Source of the DNA: an uncultured delta proteobacterium
GTDB lineage: Bacteria; Desulfobacterota; Syntrophobacteria; BM002
Length of the DNA stretch: 64,000 nt
Assembly (NCBI GenBank): GCA_963712115.1
Contig: CAVQGX010000027.1
Coordinates: forward strand, 91,111 to 155,110
Direction of reading: 5' to 3'
Below are positions 49,729 to 60,038 of this stretch, in pieces. The notes under the pieces were generated by a model that did not search any database, had not been told where the DNA came from, and saw nothing but the letters and a program-made list of their open reading frames with translations. Position 1 is the first letter of the stretch, and the number at the start of each line of letters is the position of its first letter. A program made the position numbers and the translations under genes.

Positions 49729-51507
49729 ATGGCCAGGATTCGGGTTTTGCCAGAAGGGCTGACAAACAAAATTGCAGCCGGCGAGGTGGTGGAAAGACCC
49801 GCCTCAGTAGTCAAGGAGCTTGTAGAGAATGCCATTGACGCGGAATCTCGCCGGATCGCCATTGAGATTGAAGGAAGTGGATGCCGTACCATTAGAGTGG
49901 TAGACGATGGTTTCGGTATGGAAGAAGATGACGTTATTCTGGCCCTCGAGAGGCACGCAACCAGCAAGATTGAAAAGGACGAGGACTTGGCCGCAATTCA
50001 CACTCTGGGTTTTCGGGGTGAAGCCCTGCCGAGCCTTGCAGCGGTATCGAAGTTCGAACTCACCAGCAGAACGAGGGCTTCCACAGCAGGCACTCAAATT
50101 TTTGTTTCCGGTGGGGTTGTTAAAAAGGTCAGCCAGTGTGGTTGTCCCCCGGGTACACAAGTGTGGGTCCGCGACCTCTTTTTCAATCAACCAGCAAGGC
50201 GCAAATTTTTGAAAACGGAGAAGACCGAATTTGGCCATGTGATAGATATACTAACCAGGCTGGCCCTGAGCAGGCCCGAGGTCCACTTCTCTCTCCGGTT
50301 GAGAAACCGCCAGGTGCATGACTGGCCTGGAGCTGTAAATCTGCAGCAGCGGTTAGCACAGGTCTTTTCCAAGGGATTTTCACAATCCTGGCTACCGTTA
50401 TCGCAGCAGCAAGGTTCTGTAAGGATCGAGGGGTATCTCAGTCCACCGGAACTTCACAGGTCCAGTAGCCGTATGCTTTTTCTTTATGTAAATGGTAGAG
50501 CTGTTAGAGATCAGCTGCTAAGAATTGCCATTTTAGAAGCTTACAGGACCTTGCTCCCCAAAGGCCAATTTCCTCTGGGCGTGCTTCTCCTGGATTTGCC
50601 TGCCCAGCAGGTGGATGTGAATGTTCATCCAACCAAGGCGGAAGTGCGCTTCCAAGATCCTCGCGGTCTTGCCAAAAAAGTGACAAGTGCAGTGCGGACC
50701 GCTCTGAGCGGCATGGAAAGGCGACGATGGACTCGGCCCCTTGCGGCGAAAGGTTGGCAGCGAGCTGTGGGGATTCCGATTCAGAAAGAATTGAAACAGG
50801 TATCGCTGGAGAATATGACCGTAGCTGAGCCTCGACATTCAAGCTATGCAGCGCTGGACTTCCTCTCTGCTGAGGCTCCAGTAAGCAAGGATCTGGCCGG
50901 AGAAAAGGAAGAGGAACCAAGGTCCATATTCGGAGCCCTGAGCGTAATTGGTCAGCTGCACCACAGCTACATTCTCTGTGAGGCGGAAGACGGTTTGATT
51001 CTCATAGATCAGCATGCGGCCCACGAGCGGGTGTTTTTCGAAATCTTCCGCCGAGAGGCAATGGGAGGGGAGCTACCAAGTCAGATTCTGATGGTTCCTG
51101 AAACCATAGAGGTAACTGGGGAAGAAGCCGCTTGGCTGGAAGACTCCTTGCCCATATTCTCAAGATTGGGCTTTGGGCTGGAGCCTTTCGGGACAAACAC
51201 CTTTGTAGTTCGGGCAGTGCCGGCGGTGGCGCTGCGACAAGAGGTGCAAAGGCTTCTCTTGGAACTTGTGGCATCGGGCTGCGAGGGGGCGAGGTCCCTG
51301 GGAGCAGAAGCCCTCCTGGAGAACCTGCTTCAATCTATGGCCTGCCGGGTAGCCATCAAAGCGGGGCAGAAGATGGGAAAAGATGAGATGGTGGCGCTGT
51401 TGCAACAGCTGGACGGATTGGATCTCTCTTCAACCTGCCCGCATGGCAGGCCACTCTGGTGGAAGCTAACCCTGGAGGAACTGGAACGGATGTTCGGCAG
51501 GGCGTGA
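49729..51507 (+). CDS. mutL: DNA mismatch repair endonuclease MutL
   Basis: IAAGEVVERP, GFRGEAL, DVNVHPTK, DQHAAHER, CPHGRP. Confidence 0.97.
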   Translation: MARIRVLPEGLTNKIAAGEVVERPASVVKELVENAIDAESRRIAIEIEGSGCRTIRVVDDGFGMEEDDVILALERHATSKIEKDEDLAAIHTLGFRGEALPSLAAVSKFELTSRTRASTAGTQIFVSGGVVKKVSQCGCPPGTQVWVRDLFFNQPARRKFLKTEKTEFGHVIDILTRLALSRPEVHFSLRLRNRQVHDWPGAVNLQQRLAQVFSKGFSQSWLPLSQQQGSVRIEGYLSPPELHRSSSRMLFLYVNGRAVRDQLLRIAILEAYRTLLPKGQFPLGVLLLDLPAQQVDVNVHPTKAEVRFQDPRGLAKKVTSAVRTALSGMERRRWTRPLAAKGWQRAVGIPIQKELKQVSLENMTVAEPRHSSYAALDFLSAEAPVSKDLAGEKEEEPRSIFGALSVIGQLHHSYILCEAEDGLILIDQHAAHERVFFEIFRREAMGGELPSQILMVPETIEVTGEEAAWLEDSLPIFSRLGFGLEPFGTNTFVVRAVPAVALRQEVQRLLLELVASGCEGARSLGAEALLENLLQSMACRVAIKAGQKMGKDEMVALLQQLDGLDLSSTCPHGRPLWWKLTLEELERMFGRA

Positions 51508-51559
51508 GCAAAGCGCTTTGCGCTTTGCTCACTAGGCACTCATGAGTCATTACACTTCG

Positions 51560-51775
51560 CGCATGGGCGCTTCGTTGTCATTTGGCTCCGCCGTCAGTAG
51601 GGCTGGCGCCCGTCATTAAGTTGTTTCAACGCCACAATGACAGTTAACTATGAATAGGTAGCGGAGGGTGTTGACCCAATGACAATAAATGACGCTGAAG
51701 GCATGTTGACAGCGTAGCGTAATGACGGCCACTTTTAGTGGCCAAATGACCATCATAGACGGAACAGCAAAGAGG
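51560..51775. repeat. Multi-hairpin repeat family C, copy 3
   Basis: Colinear with 42466-42670. Confidence 0.85.
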
Positions 51776-51796
51776 GAGAGGGTTAGCAAAAGAAGG

Positions 51797-52741
51797 ATGA
51801 GTGGGGAAAGACCAAGAGTAATAGCGCTGATGGGTCCTACTGCAGTGGGGAAGAGCGGGCTCGTTCTGCAATTGGCCAAAGATTTGGGTGGTGAGATTGT
51901 AAATGCTGACTCTATGCAGATTTACCGCCTTATGGACATTGGTACGGCCAAGCCCACAGCAGCGGAAAGAGGGGAAGTGGCCCATCATCTTCTGGATATT
52001 GTCGATCCCGACCAGGACTTCCATGCCAGCCTCTACAGCCAACTGGCAAGGGAGGCAATAAACAATCTGGCGGAGAAGGGAAGAGTTGCCATTGTGGTGG
52101 GTGGAACCGGGCTATACCTGAAAGCGTTGTTCCATGGACTATTCCCCGCTGCCCATTCCAAGCAAAGCATCAGACAGCGTCTGCATCGAGAAGGGGAGAA
52201 AGACGGCGGAGTGGTGCTTTATAAGAGGCTCAAACAGATAGATCCCAGCACTGCGGAAAGACTTCACCCCAATGACCTTTTTCGAATTATTAGAGCTTTG
52301 GAAGTATGGGAATGTACAGGTAAGCCCATGTCCGTGCTTCAAAAGGAGCATGGTTTTAGGGAAAACCCATTTATCAGCTTAAAAATTGGCTTGAAACGTC
52401 CTCGGTCCGAACTCTACGAACGGATTAACAGAAGAGTTGCAGAGATGATGGAATTGGGGCTTCTTACCGAGGCCAGAGAGCTTTTGGACCGAGGCTACGG
52501 GCCTGATCTCAAGAGTATGCAGGCATTAGGCTACCGCCACATGGTGCAACATCTCATAAACGGAATGAAAATTGCTGAGGCAGTAAGGACAATGAAAAGA
52601 GATACGCGCCACTATGCCAAGAGGCAGATGACTTGGTTTGGGGGCGACCAGGAGATCAAGTGGTTCCACCCCCAAGAGACGGAGGAGATCGCCAGACTGG
52701 CGAGAGAGTTTATGGGATGTCTCGAAGATAGAAATGGCTGA
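51797..52741 (+). CDS. miaA: tRNA dimethylallyltransferase
   Basis: GPTAVGKS, ADSMQIY, GGTGLY, YAKRQMTW; follows mutL. Confidence 0.97.
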   Translation: MSGERPRVIALMGPTAVGKSGLVLQLAKDLGGEIVNADSMQIYRLMDIGTAKPTAAERGEVAHHLLDIVDPDQDFHASLYSQLAREAINNLAEKGRVAIVVGGTGLYLKALFHGLFPAAHSKQSIRQRLHREGEKDGGVVLYKRLKQIDPSTAERLHPNDLFRIIRALEVWECTGKPMSVLQKEHGFRENPFISLKIGLKRPRSELYERINRRVAEMMELGLLTEARELLDRGYGPDLKSMQALGYRHMVQHLINGMKIAEAVRTMKRDTRHYAKRQMTWFGGDQEIKWFHPQETEEIARLAREFMGCLEDRNG

Positions 52742-52849
52742 GACAAAAGAGTTGACAAAACCTTGAAGGACCTATAAAAACTTGCTTGTTGATGGGAAGG
52801 TCGACGCAGCTGCAAGAAAACATTAGGAAATCATAGGCGGCTTTTCTTT

Positions 52850-54073
52850 ATGTCACTAAAGGGCAACATCGAGACATTCTATCTAGCCAGTGTCCTCCAG
52901 CTTCTTGCTCAGGACAAAAAGACCGGTATCCTCACCATCGCCGAACAAGACCGAATTGTGCGGGTTTACATCAAGAATGGCAACATCATCTATGCGGTGG
53001 GCACCCAAAAGGAGGTAAGGCTTGGTTATCTCCTTCGCACAAAAGGTATTATCTCGGCCGAAGAGCTCCAGAAAGCCCTGACTCTCGCCAAACAAAGAAA
53101 CGAAAAACTGGGTAAGATCTTGGTGGAAAAGGGCTTTATCTCGGTTGAAACACTTAAGAAGTTTATTCATCAACAGGTGCGCGATATTCTCTACGACTTG
53201 TTCCTATGGAAAAAGGGAGACTTCGAATATGTAGACCAGGAGTTCAATCTGGACCAGGAGTTTGCCACAGAACTGAACCATATGGAGGTCATTTTAGAGG
53301 GCACTCGCCGGGTGGATGAATGGGGTATTCTCAAAAAGAACATTCCAGATAAACAAATGGTTTTCAAAATCAACAGGTCTGTGGAGGAAAAGAGCGACAC
53401 CGTGAATTTGACCGCCAACGAGTGGCGCATCATTTCGCTAGTCAATGGGAAGCGCACGGTGCAACAAGTAATTGAGGATAGTGGCAACGATGAGTTTAGT
53501 GTGTACCGGGTGATTAACTCCTTAATTTCCTCAGGCCTTATTGAACAGGGCGCGAGTGTGGCTGCAATCACTTCTGAGGACAAAAGTGAGTCCCCTGCTA
53601 TTATCCAGATATATCATCGGGTACTGCTCAGCATATTGCAGGTCACGGAAAAGACCGTGGGTAGTCGGGCTCATAATCTTCTGGAAGAGGCCAAAGCTCA
53701 TGTGCCCGCCCAGTACTCGAAGTTTCTTCGAGCTTATGATTGCCGGGGCGATGCAAAGAAAAATCTTAAACTGATCCTAGAGACTTCGCCTAAATCCGCT
53801 CCGAGCAATCAAGAACTTCTCAATGGTTTCAACGCCTGGATTTTTGCCATCCTCCACAAACAGAAGGAGGTTTTCAATGAGGAGGCAATGGCGGCGAGCC
53901 TGAAAGAATTGACCAATCCGGCCGCAGCCTGGCAGCAGTTCCCGGTAAAGTCCAATCTCAAGGGGGCCATCCTGAGCTCCATCATTCAAACGGTGGAGCA
54001 ATTTCAGCAAGAGCTGGACAAGGATGGCAAAGGCAAGGGAAAGGGCATCCTCTCATTCCTCAAGCGTAAATAA
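52850..54073 (+). CDS. DUF4388 (PATAN-like) domain protein
   Basis: SLKGNIETF.LASVLQLL..KTGIL, RLGYLL/KLGKIL repeats, LEGTRRVDEW. Confidence 0.85.
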   Translation: MSLKGNIETFYLASVLQLLAQDKKTGILTIAEQDRIVRVYIKNGNIIYAVGTQKEVRLGYLLRTKGIISAEELQKALTLAKQRNEKLGKILVEKGFISVETLKKFIHQQVRDILYDLFLWKKGDFEYVDQEFNLDQEFATELNHMEVILEGTRRVDEWGILKKNIPDKQMVFKINRSVEEKSDTVNLTANEWRIISLVNGKRTVQQVIEDSGNDEFSVYRVINSLISSGLIEQGASVAAITSEDKSESPAIIQIYHRVLLSILQVTEKTVGSRAHNLLEEAKAHVPAQYSKFLRAYDCRGDAKKNLKLILETSPKSAPSNQELLNGFNAWIFAILHKQKEVFNEEAMAASLKELTNPAAAWQQFPVKSNLKGAILSSIIQTVEQFQQELDKDGKGKGKGILSFLKRK

Positions 54074-54136
54074 GCTCTTCTTTTTCACCCCTCCACACTC
54101 CAAAAATGGTTTGCTCCCTTTGGATTAAAAAAAGAC

Positions 54137-54165
54137 TTGACAAAAACGAACGTTCGTACTATATT
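54137..54165 (+). promoter_or_regulatory. sigma70 promoter with a TetR operator palindrome in its spacer
   Basis: TTGACA-17 nt-TATATT; ACGAACGTTCGT at 54146-54157. Confidence 0.8.
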
Positions 54166-54172
54166 GTCATTC

Positions 54173-54754
54173 ATGCAAAAGGGAAAAGAAACAAAAATGG
54201 CCATCCTGGAAGCCGGGCTGGACATGGCAAGTCAATTGGGCCTCGAAGGTGTGAGTATTGGCTCTCTTGCTAAAGCCATGAACATGTCCAAAAGTGGACT
54301 ATTCGCTCACTTCCAGTCTAAAGAGAACCTTCAGATAGAAATATTGGAGTACGCTGCCCGTGTCTTTGCAGAGAGTGTCATTGTCCCGGCCTTGATCACC
54401 GAACCGGGTATTCCTAGAATAAAAGCTTTAGTTAATAATTGGATAGACTGGGCTTCGCAATTGACTGGTGGGTGTATTTTTGTTTCGGCCAGCGCAGACT
54501 ACAGCGACAGACCCGGAAGAGTGAGGGAATGTCTGTTGGGTCAACAAAACGATTGGATCGATTGCCTTCGCCGTGTTGCGCAATCGGCAATAAAGGTGGG
54601 CGATTTTAGGAAGGATGCTGACTGTGAACAGTTTGCCTTCGACCTTTATTCTCTTTTGCTTGGTTTTCACCTTTATGACAAATTACTTGACGACTCTGAA
54701 ACCAAAAAACGTCAAGAACAAGCCCTAAAGCAACTTGTGGCCAACTATCAATAG
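54173..54754 (+). CDS. TetR/AcrR family regulator, probably leaderless
   Basis: GLEGVSIGSLA..MSKSGLFAHF.SKE HTH; ATG 7 nt after the -10 box. Confidence 0.93.
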   Translation: MQKGKETKMAILEAGLDMASQLGLEGVSIGSLAKAMNMSKSGLFAHFQSKENLQIEILEYAARVFAESVIVPALITEPGIPRIKALVNNWIDWASQLTGGCIFVSASADYSDRPGRVRECLLGQQNDWIDCLRRVAQSAIKVGDFRKDADCEQFAFDLYSLLLGFHLYDKLLDDSETKKRQEQALKQLVANYQ

Positions 54755-54817
54755 AAGTTTTTACTGGTGTTGGAGTGACTAGACTATGATTCGCATTTTT
54801 CTCTCAGGAGGTAAACA

Positions 54818-55708
54818 ATGTCGACTAAGATTTTAGCAATGGGATGTAATGGCACGAACGTTCGTTTGTGTAAAATGAGGCAAAGAGTTGTTCAAACCTT
54901 TTTTAATTTGCTCTGGAACCATGCACCCACTCTTTCAAAAGGGATTATCAAAAGGCTGTTCTTCTCGCCCTCTACCTACAAAAGCACTCCTGTAGAAAAA
55001 GACTATCTTGATACCGGCAGGAGATTTGAAATTTCCGTACACGACAAGGCTGTGAAGTGTTGGAAGTGGGGGAGCGGCCCCAGCATTCTCCTGGCTCACG
55101 GCTGGAATGGCAGGGGGATCCAATTACACCACTTTATTGAACCACTTATACAAAGAGGGTATTCTCCACTCACTTATGACGCTCCCGGCCACGGAGAATC
55201 TCAGGGGAGAACATCAAGTTACTTTGAGTTTAGCGACACCATCAGGACTCTCTTAAGCTCCCCGAATGGTCACGAGATCCGGGGGGTAATTGCCCACTCC
55301 CTGGGAGGTTCCGCTGTGGTCAACAGCATTGAAAAAGAAAATCTTGCACTGGATGCTGTCCTCATCGCCCCGGCCCTGAGGCTCAAAGAAGTTTTGTACG
55401 GTTTTTTCGATTATGTCGGTCTACCCAGGGCCATATATGAAATCCTTATAAAAGAGTATGAAGATCAGTTTGGCTACAATATGCATCGAGATAACCCGGT
55501 AAATTTATTAAGAGAGATCAACTCAAAGATTTTGATTGTTCACGACAAAGATGATCCTACTATCCCATATGCTGATTCCAAAGAAATCTCAGGGAGGTTT
55601 CCAAACATTGAATTGCACACAACCGAGCGTTTGGGTCACAAAAAAGTCCTGGCTGACAGCTCGGTGATAAATCGCGCTTTGGACTATTTTGTGGAACAAG
55701 CAAAGTAG
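54818..55708 (+). CDS. alpha/beta hydrolase
   Basis: RBS AGGAGG; HGW, DAPGHG, AHSLGG, HDKDD, LGH. Confidence 0.9.
   Translation: MSTKILAMGCNGTNVRLCKMRQRVVQTFFNLLWNHAPTLSKGIIKRLFFSPSTYKSTPVEKDYLDTGRRFEISVHDKAVKCWKWGSGPSILLAHGWNGRGIQLHHFIEPLIQRGYSPLTYDAPGHGESQGRTSSYFEFSDTIRTLLSSPNGHEIRGVIAHSLGGSAVVNSIEKENLALDAVLIAPALRLKEVLYGFFDYVGLPRAIYEILIKEYEDQFGYNMHRDNPVNLLREINSKILIVHDKDDPTIPYADSKEISGRFPNIELHTTERLGHKKVLADSSVINRALDYFVEQAK
54854..54865. promoter_or_regulatory. Second TetR operator, inside the hydrolase coding sequence
   Basis: Identical palindrome ACGAACGTTCGT. Confidence 0.7.
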
Positions 55709-55723
55709 AAGGAGGGTAAAGCA

Positions 55724-55906
55724 ATGACAAAGAGCAAAAATATTTTGGAGGAATACAGGGGAGGGGACTTAAACAAGCGGCTAAATTTATTCCTGGAATG
55801 TCCATCCCTGAGAACCAGATTTTTGGAGATAGATCAGAGCGAAACAGCGGGAGAGTCTTTATTGGTCACTGCTCGAGAAGAAGACCGTGAAGTCAGAGGA
55901 TCGTAG
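55724..55906 (+). CDS. Small hypothetical protein
   Basis: RBS AAGGAGG; RLNLFLECPSLR. Confidence 0.7.
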   Translation: MTKSKNILEEYRGGDLNKRLNLFLECPSLRTRFLEIDQSETAGESLLVTAREEDREVRGS

Positions 55907-56126
55907 CTCCATAGTGAGACAATGGCTTACCTGTTTTAGGCAGGATCCTTTGGCACCAGATTTAAAGCCTCTCGCCAATATCAAAAGTAGTCAGGCAGGT
56001 TGAATAATATATTGATATACCAAGTTTTCGGAGCCATCCAATTTATTAGAGGTATGCTATAAGAGTTCTTAGTCATTCCAGTAAGACTTCAGATGCTAGT
56101 GCTGAAACTACCCTTGGGAGTCCGAA

Positions 56127-56885
56127 ATGTTCAAATATGCAATAACTAGAAAACCTGGACAAGACTTCGCTCATGGTATCACCACTTCCAATTTGGGAAC
56201 ACCCAGCTATGAACTTTTACTAGAACAGCACTCCGCTTACATTGAGACGCTGAGATCTCTCGGGCTTGATGTCATTGTGCTGGATCCCTTGCTGGGTTAT
56301 CCCGATGCTTACTTCGTAGAAGATATCGCAGTAGTAACACCAGATGTTGCAATAATCACAAATCCTGGAGCTGACAGCAGAAGAGGCGAAGTAGAGACAA
56401 TTGAATCTACCCTTGCCAACTACCGAGAAACCCTACACATACAGGCTCCCGGTACAGTTGACGGCGGGGATGTACTTATGGTGGGGACACATTTTTTCAT
56501 CGGCATCTCCGAGCGCACCAACAGAAAGGGAGCCGAGCAACTTGCCAGTATTCTTGAGGCATACGGCAAGGGTTTGACAGTGGTTCCTGTGGATTCAGGA
56601 CTGCACCTCAAATCCAGCGTCAATTATGTTGGCCAGAACACTCTATTGATAACTGAAGTATATGCGGATCTCGATCAATTTAGAGAATATGATAAGATCG
56701 TTGTGGATAAATCTGAGGAATATGCCGCCAACGCGCTCCTGATAAACAGCTCTCTCATCACTCCTAAGGGATTCCCTAAGACTCGGAAAAGGCTTCTAGC
56801 TTTAGATCTCAATATCATTGAGTTGGATGTGAGTGAAGTGCGCAAAATGGATGGGAGCCTAACCTGTATGTCTGTTAGGTTCTGA
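56127..56885 (+). CDS. Dimethylarginine dimethylaminohydrolase / amidinotransferase family
   Basis: PDAYFVED, SRRGE, DGGDV, HLKS, DGSLTCMS. Confidence 0.92.
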   Translation: MFKYAITRKPGQDFAHGITTSNLGTPSYELLLEQHSAYIETLRSLGLDVIVLDPLLGYPDAYFVEDIAVVTPDVAIITNPGADSRRGEVETIESTLANYRETLHIQAPGTVDGGDVLMVGTHFFIGISERTNRKGAEQLASILEAYGKGLTVVPVDSGLHLKSSVNYVGQNTLLITEVYADLDQFREYDKIVVDKSEEYAANALLINSSLITPKGFPKTRKRLLALDLNIIELDVSEVRKMDGSLTCMSVRF

Positions 56886-56966
56886 CTTGACCCCTTTGGA
56901 ACAAGACAGGATGGCGTCAGACCAATCTCTGCATAATACTTCATGGCGCCTGAATGGATGGGTGCC

Positions 56967-57713
56967 TTACTTCTTATCCCCACGAAGTGTTTGGTCGCTG
57001 TAGCCCCAGCCCTTGCAGGAAGGTACGTCAACCAGGATGAACTCCGCACTGTGCTCGGCAGCGAGGACCAAGGGCTCTTCAAGGTCGACGCGGGCTTGAT
57101 CCGCCTCAGCAATTTGCTGGCCGTTGACTGACAATTGGCCCTTTCGCAGGTAAATGAAGATACGGCGATCCTTAGTGCGGTCGAAGGTAATCTTGCGTCC
57201 TGACTCAAGATCACAACGGTAGATGGTGGCATCTGTATGGAATGTAACCACATTCTGTAGATTTCGACCGGAGGCTACCGGAAGAAGCTTGTTCTTCCAT
57301 TCGGATGAATCATAGGTCCGTTGGTCGTATGTGGGTTCGAGTCCGGACTCGTCAGGATAGATCCAGATTTGGTAGAAGTGAACGGGCTTGTCAGCGAGGT
57401 TAAATTCCGAGTGGGTCAAACCGGTGCCGGCGGACATTCTCTGTACGTCCCCTGCCTTGATGACCGTCTTGTTTCCCATACTGTCCTCATGGGTCATCTC
57501 ACCATCGAGAACAATGGTGATGATTTCCATTTCCTCATGGGGATGGGTGGGGAATCCGGTTCCTGGTTCGACCACATCATCGTTGAATACCCGCAAGGCT
57601 CCAAACTGGATGTTTTGAGGATCGAAGTATCTGGAAAAAGAGAATAGCCAGTAGGTCTTCAACCAGCCAAAATCGGAAAAGTGGCGGTCTTTCGCCTTGA
57701 TTACATCTATCAT
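56967..57713 (-). CDS. Pirin family protein
   Basis: GFPTHPHEEMEI, HEDSMGN, MSAGTG..HSE, QIWI. Confidence 0.94.
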   Translation of the reverse strand: MIDVIKAKDRHFSDFGWLKTYWLFSFSRYFDPQNIQFGALRVFNDDVVEPGTGFPTHPHEEMEIITIVLDGEMTHEDSMGNKTVIKAGDVQRMSAGTGLTHSEFNLADKPVHFYQIWIYPDESGLEPTYDQRTYDSSEWKNKLLPVASGRNLQNVVTFHTDATIYRCDLESGRKITFDRTKDRRIFIYLRKGQLSVNGQQIAEADQARVDLEEPLVLAAEHSAEFILVDVPSCKGWGYSDQTLRGDKK

Positions 57714-57815
57714 TTTTTTCTCCTTTCTGCTTTTCAACCATCTGGAAGACAAACCTGCACTTAAATTAATCATTGAAGTTTGCGGTTGCAGCAGACGATT
57801 GGGAAAATATACCGA

Positions 57816-59969
57816 CTAAGTTTGAATTTTATCCAAGGCAAGATCTAACTCGGTGGGTGTGCGCCAGCGCTTTTTGGGATCCTTGTGCAGACATTTTAGG
57901 ACGGCTTCATCCAATTTGGCAGGAATAGTGGAAATATGCACCCGTGGGGGGACAGGATACTGCTCGTTGTGCTGTTTTTTAAAGTCCTCCGGTGATGGTC
58001 CTTCAAAAGGCACCTTGCCTGTAAGGGCTCGATAAAAAACCAGGCCGAAGGAATAGAGATCAGCGGCCTGCTTCATTTTTTCCGGCATGCGGCTAGGCGC
58101 ACGGTTGAACAATTCAGGTGCCATATAGGTGAGTTCGTAAGCGGAGAGTTCCTTGTAGTCCAGAGTAAAACCCAGCTCGCTAGCCAATTTCGAAATGAGG
58201 CCAAAATCTGCAATCTTGGCCCTGATCAACTCACCCCTGATCAGGACCCGTTTCGGATTTAAGCCGAGGTGAAATATCTTTCTCAGGGTATCGTCAGCAC
58301 CCCTATGCGAATGGGCATAGGCTAAACCGTTGAGAAGGGCTCTGGCCAAACGGACCGCCTCTTTTATGGACAAGTTGGTTTTCTTTTTGAGTAAGTCATC
58401 TAGGGTACTGTCAAAATCCTCTGTTATAAGATAATAGTGACCCTCCCACTCGGCCAGGTCTAGGACCCGAGTTATGTTACGGTTTTCCATATTCACTTGT
58501 TCGTAACCCCATTTAACCATGAAACCCTTAGCGGTGATTTCCCCTGATAGGGCGGGCGAAAGAGACTTGGCAACGCGAAGAGTCCCGCTTGGCACCTCTC
58601 TGACCTTGAAAAACTGATGGATCGTATCCTCGCCGATTTTCTCCTGAATCTGGTATTGGATCTTTTCGTCCACTTTGAGTCTGAGTAGGGCCTTACCTCT
58701 GGAGAGAAGAGGATCTTGGGTCTGGGTATCAACTTTGGCCCGAATAGCCTCATGGGTTGGATCAATCGCTTCAGCCCGCTGGAAGTAGGATCGTGCCTGG
58801 TCATATAGGCTTTTCTTTTCACATGCCTTTCCGAGCAGTATATAGTAGTTTAGAATTTCGGGTCCGGGATCAAGGGACTCCACCCAGGGAACGGCGTCTT
58901 CAAGGAGCTCCAAAATGCGGTCATAGTCCTGTCGTTCCAACAGAGCCTCGCCCAGCTCGCTAAGGGCGGTTATCTTGTAAGGGGTGTCCTCCAGCATTAC
59001 TTCTAAATATTCGTTGGCTGCCCTGTCGAATTGACCGGCGCGAAGAAGGAGGCGGGCGAACTTTAGCCGGGTGTCAACTCCGGCCCCCCCATTGTCAAGC
59101 ATTTGGCTGTAAATAGTGGTTACCTGCTCAATTGCCTCTTTGTTTCCTGGATCTTTCTCTAATATTTGCTCATAAAAGGGCATCACCTCAGCAAGAGAAG
59201 CCTGTTTTTCCTTTTCCATTTGCCGGAGAGTTTTGACGGCTTTGGAAAACTGCTTATTTTTCAGGTGCAGCTTGACCATATTGAAATAATAGCGATCACC
59301 CTCCTTTGCCAAAGTCTTGACCTTATTGGCTGCAGTTAAATGCTTGGGATCCAGCTCGGCCAGCTTCTGATATAGTTGCAAGGCTTCTTCCTTGTCCCCA
59401 GCCGTTTCAAAGCCCACCGCCAGCTGACCAAGCACCAGATTCCTGTCAGTCTCGCTCAAATCCTTGCGCTTGTAAGCCTCTTTGAGCACCTGAATACCTT
59501 CCCCATGCTGCCCCAGTTGGATATAAGCCTTGCCAATCTGGAGACAGCATTCAGTGGGTTGGAACCCTAATTCGGCAGCCCTCTGAAACTCCTGAATTGC
59601 ATCGGTAAACATCCCTATGTCCAAAAAAGCTTGTCCCCGATTGAAAGCAGCGTTCCCTGCGCCTTTTTGAGGAGCAACGACCTCCTCTACTGGGGCCTCT
59701 GGGGCGCGACCGTGAAATTCAGCCTCCTGACGGTCAATAGTGGCTAGCTGTTCCTGAATGAATGCGCGCTGACTCTTGTAGGATTTAAGCTGGGCAGGAT
59801 CGGCAGCACTTTGTTCTGCGAGGGATGCGAGCTCGTTTAAGAGCTGTTGGTAAACCTGACGGGCTTCCTCAAAAAGACCTTGGGTGAGGTAGAGTTCAGC
59901 CTCGTTGATCTTCTCTTGGATCTCTGGAAACTCATTGGCGCTGGAATTGTTACTGATATTTGCTTGCAT
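57816..59969 (-). CDS. TPR-repeat protein with a C-terminal Hanks-type pseudokinase domain
   Basis: Multiple TPRs; VAK, DFG, YMAPE and DLYSFG retained; HRDLKPxN replaced by HLGLNPKR. Confidence 0.85.
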   Translation of the reverse strand: MQANISNNSSANEFPEIQEKINEAELYLTQGLFEEARQVYQQLLNELASLAEQSAADPAQLKSYKSQRAFIQEQLATIDRQEAEFHGRAPEAPVEEVVAPQKGAGNAAFNRGQAFLDIGMFTDAIQEFQRAAELGFQPTECCLQIGKAYIQLGQHGEGIQVLKEAYKRKDLSETDRNLVLGQLAVGFETAGDKEEALQLYQKLAELDPKHLTAANKVKTLAKEGDRYYFNMVKLHLKNKQFSKAVKTLRQMEKEKQASLAEVMPFYEQILEKDPGNKEAIEQVTTIYSQMLDNGGAGVDTRLKFARLLLRAGQFDRAANEYLEVMLEDTPYKITALSELGEALLERQDYDRILELLEDAVPWVESLDPGPEILNYYILLGKACEKKSLYDQARSYFQRAEAIDPTHEAIRAKVDTQTQDPLLSRGKALLRLKVDEKIQYQIQEKIGEDTIHQFFKVREVPSGTLRVAKSLSPALSGEITAKGFMVKWGYEQVNMENRNITRVLDLAEWEGHYYLITEDFDSTLDDLLKKKTNLSIKEAVRLARALLNGLAYAHSHRGADDTLRKIFHLGLNPKRVLIRGELIRAKIADFGLISKLASELGFTLDYKELSAYELTYMAPELFNRAPSRMPEKMKQAADLYSFGLVFYRALTGKVPFEGPSPEDFKKQHNEQYPVPPRVHISTIPAKLDEAVLKCLHKDPKKRWRTPTELDLALDKIQT

Positions 59970-60038
59970 GGTCAGAGAGGACCCCGGGCAACAAATTTCC
60001 TAACACGAGAAGAGGTTGTTCATTAATTCGGCGGCGGC

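Noticed and set aside
51722-51796. Longer starts for miaA, and similarly for lptG, valS, tetR, pirin and the 31210 regulator
   Set aside because: The extensions run through repeats or promoters; family similarity begins at downstream ATGs
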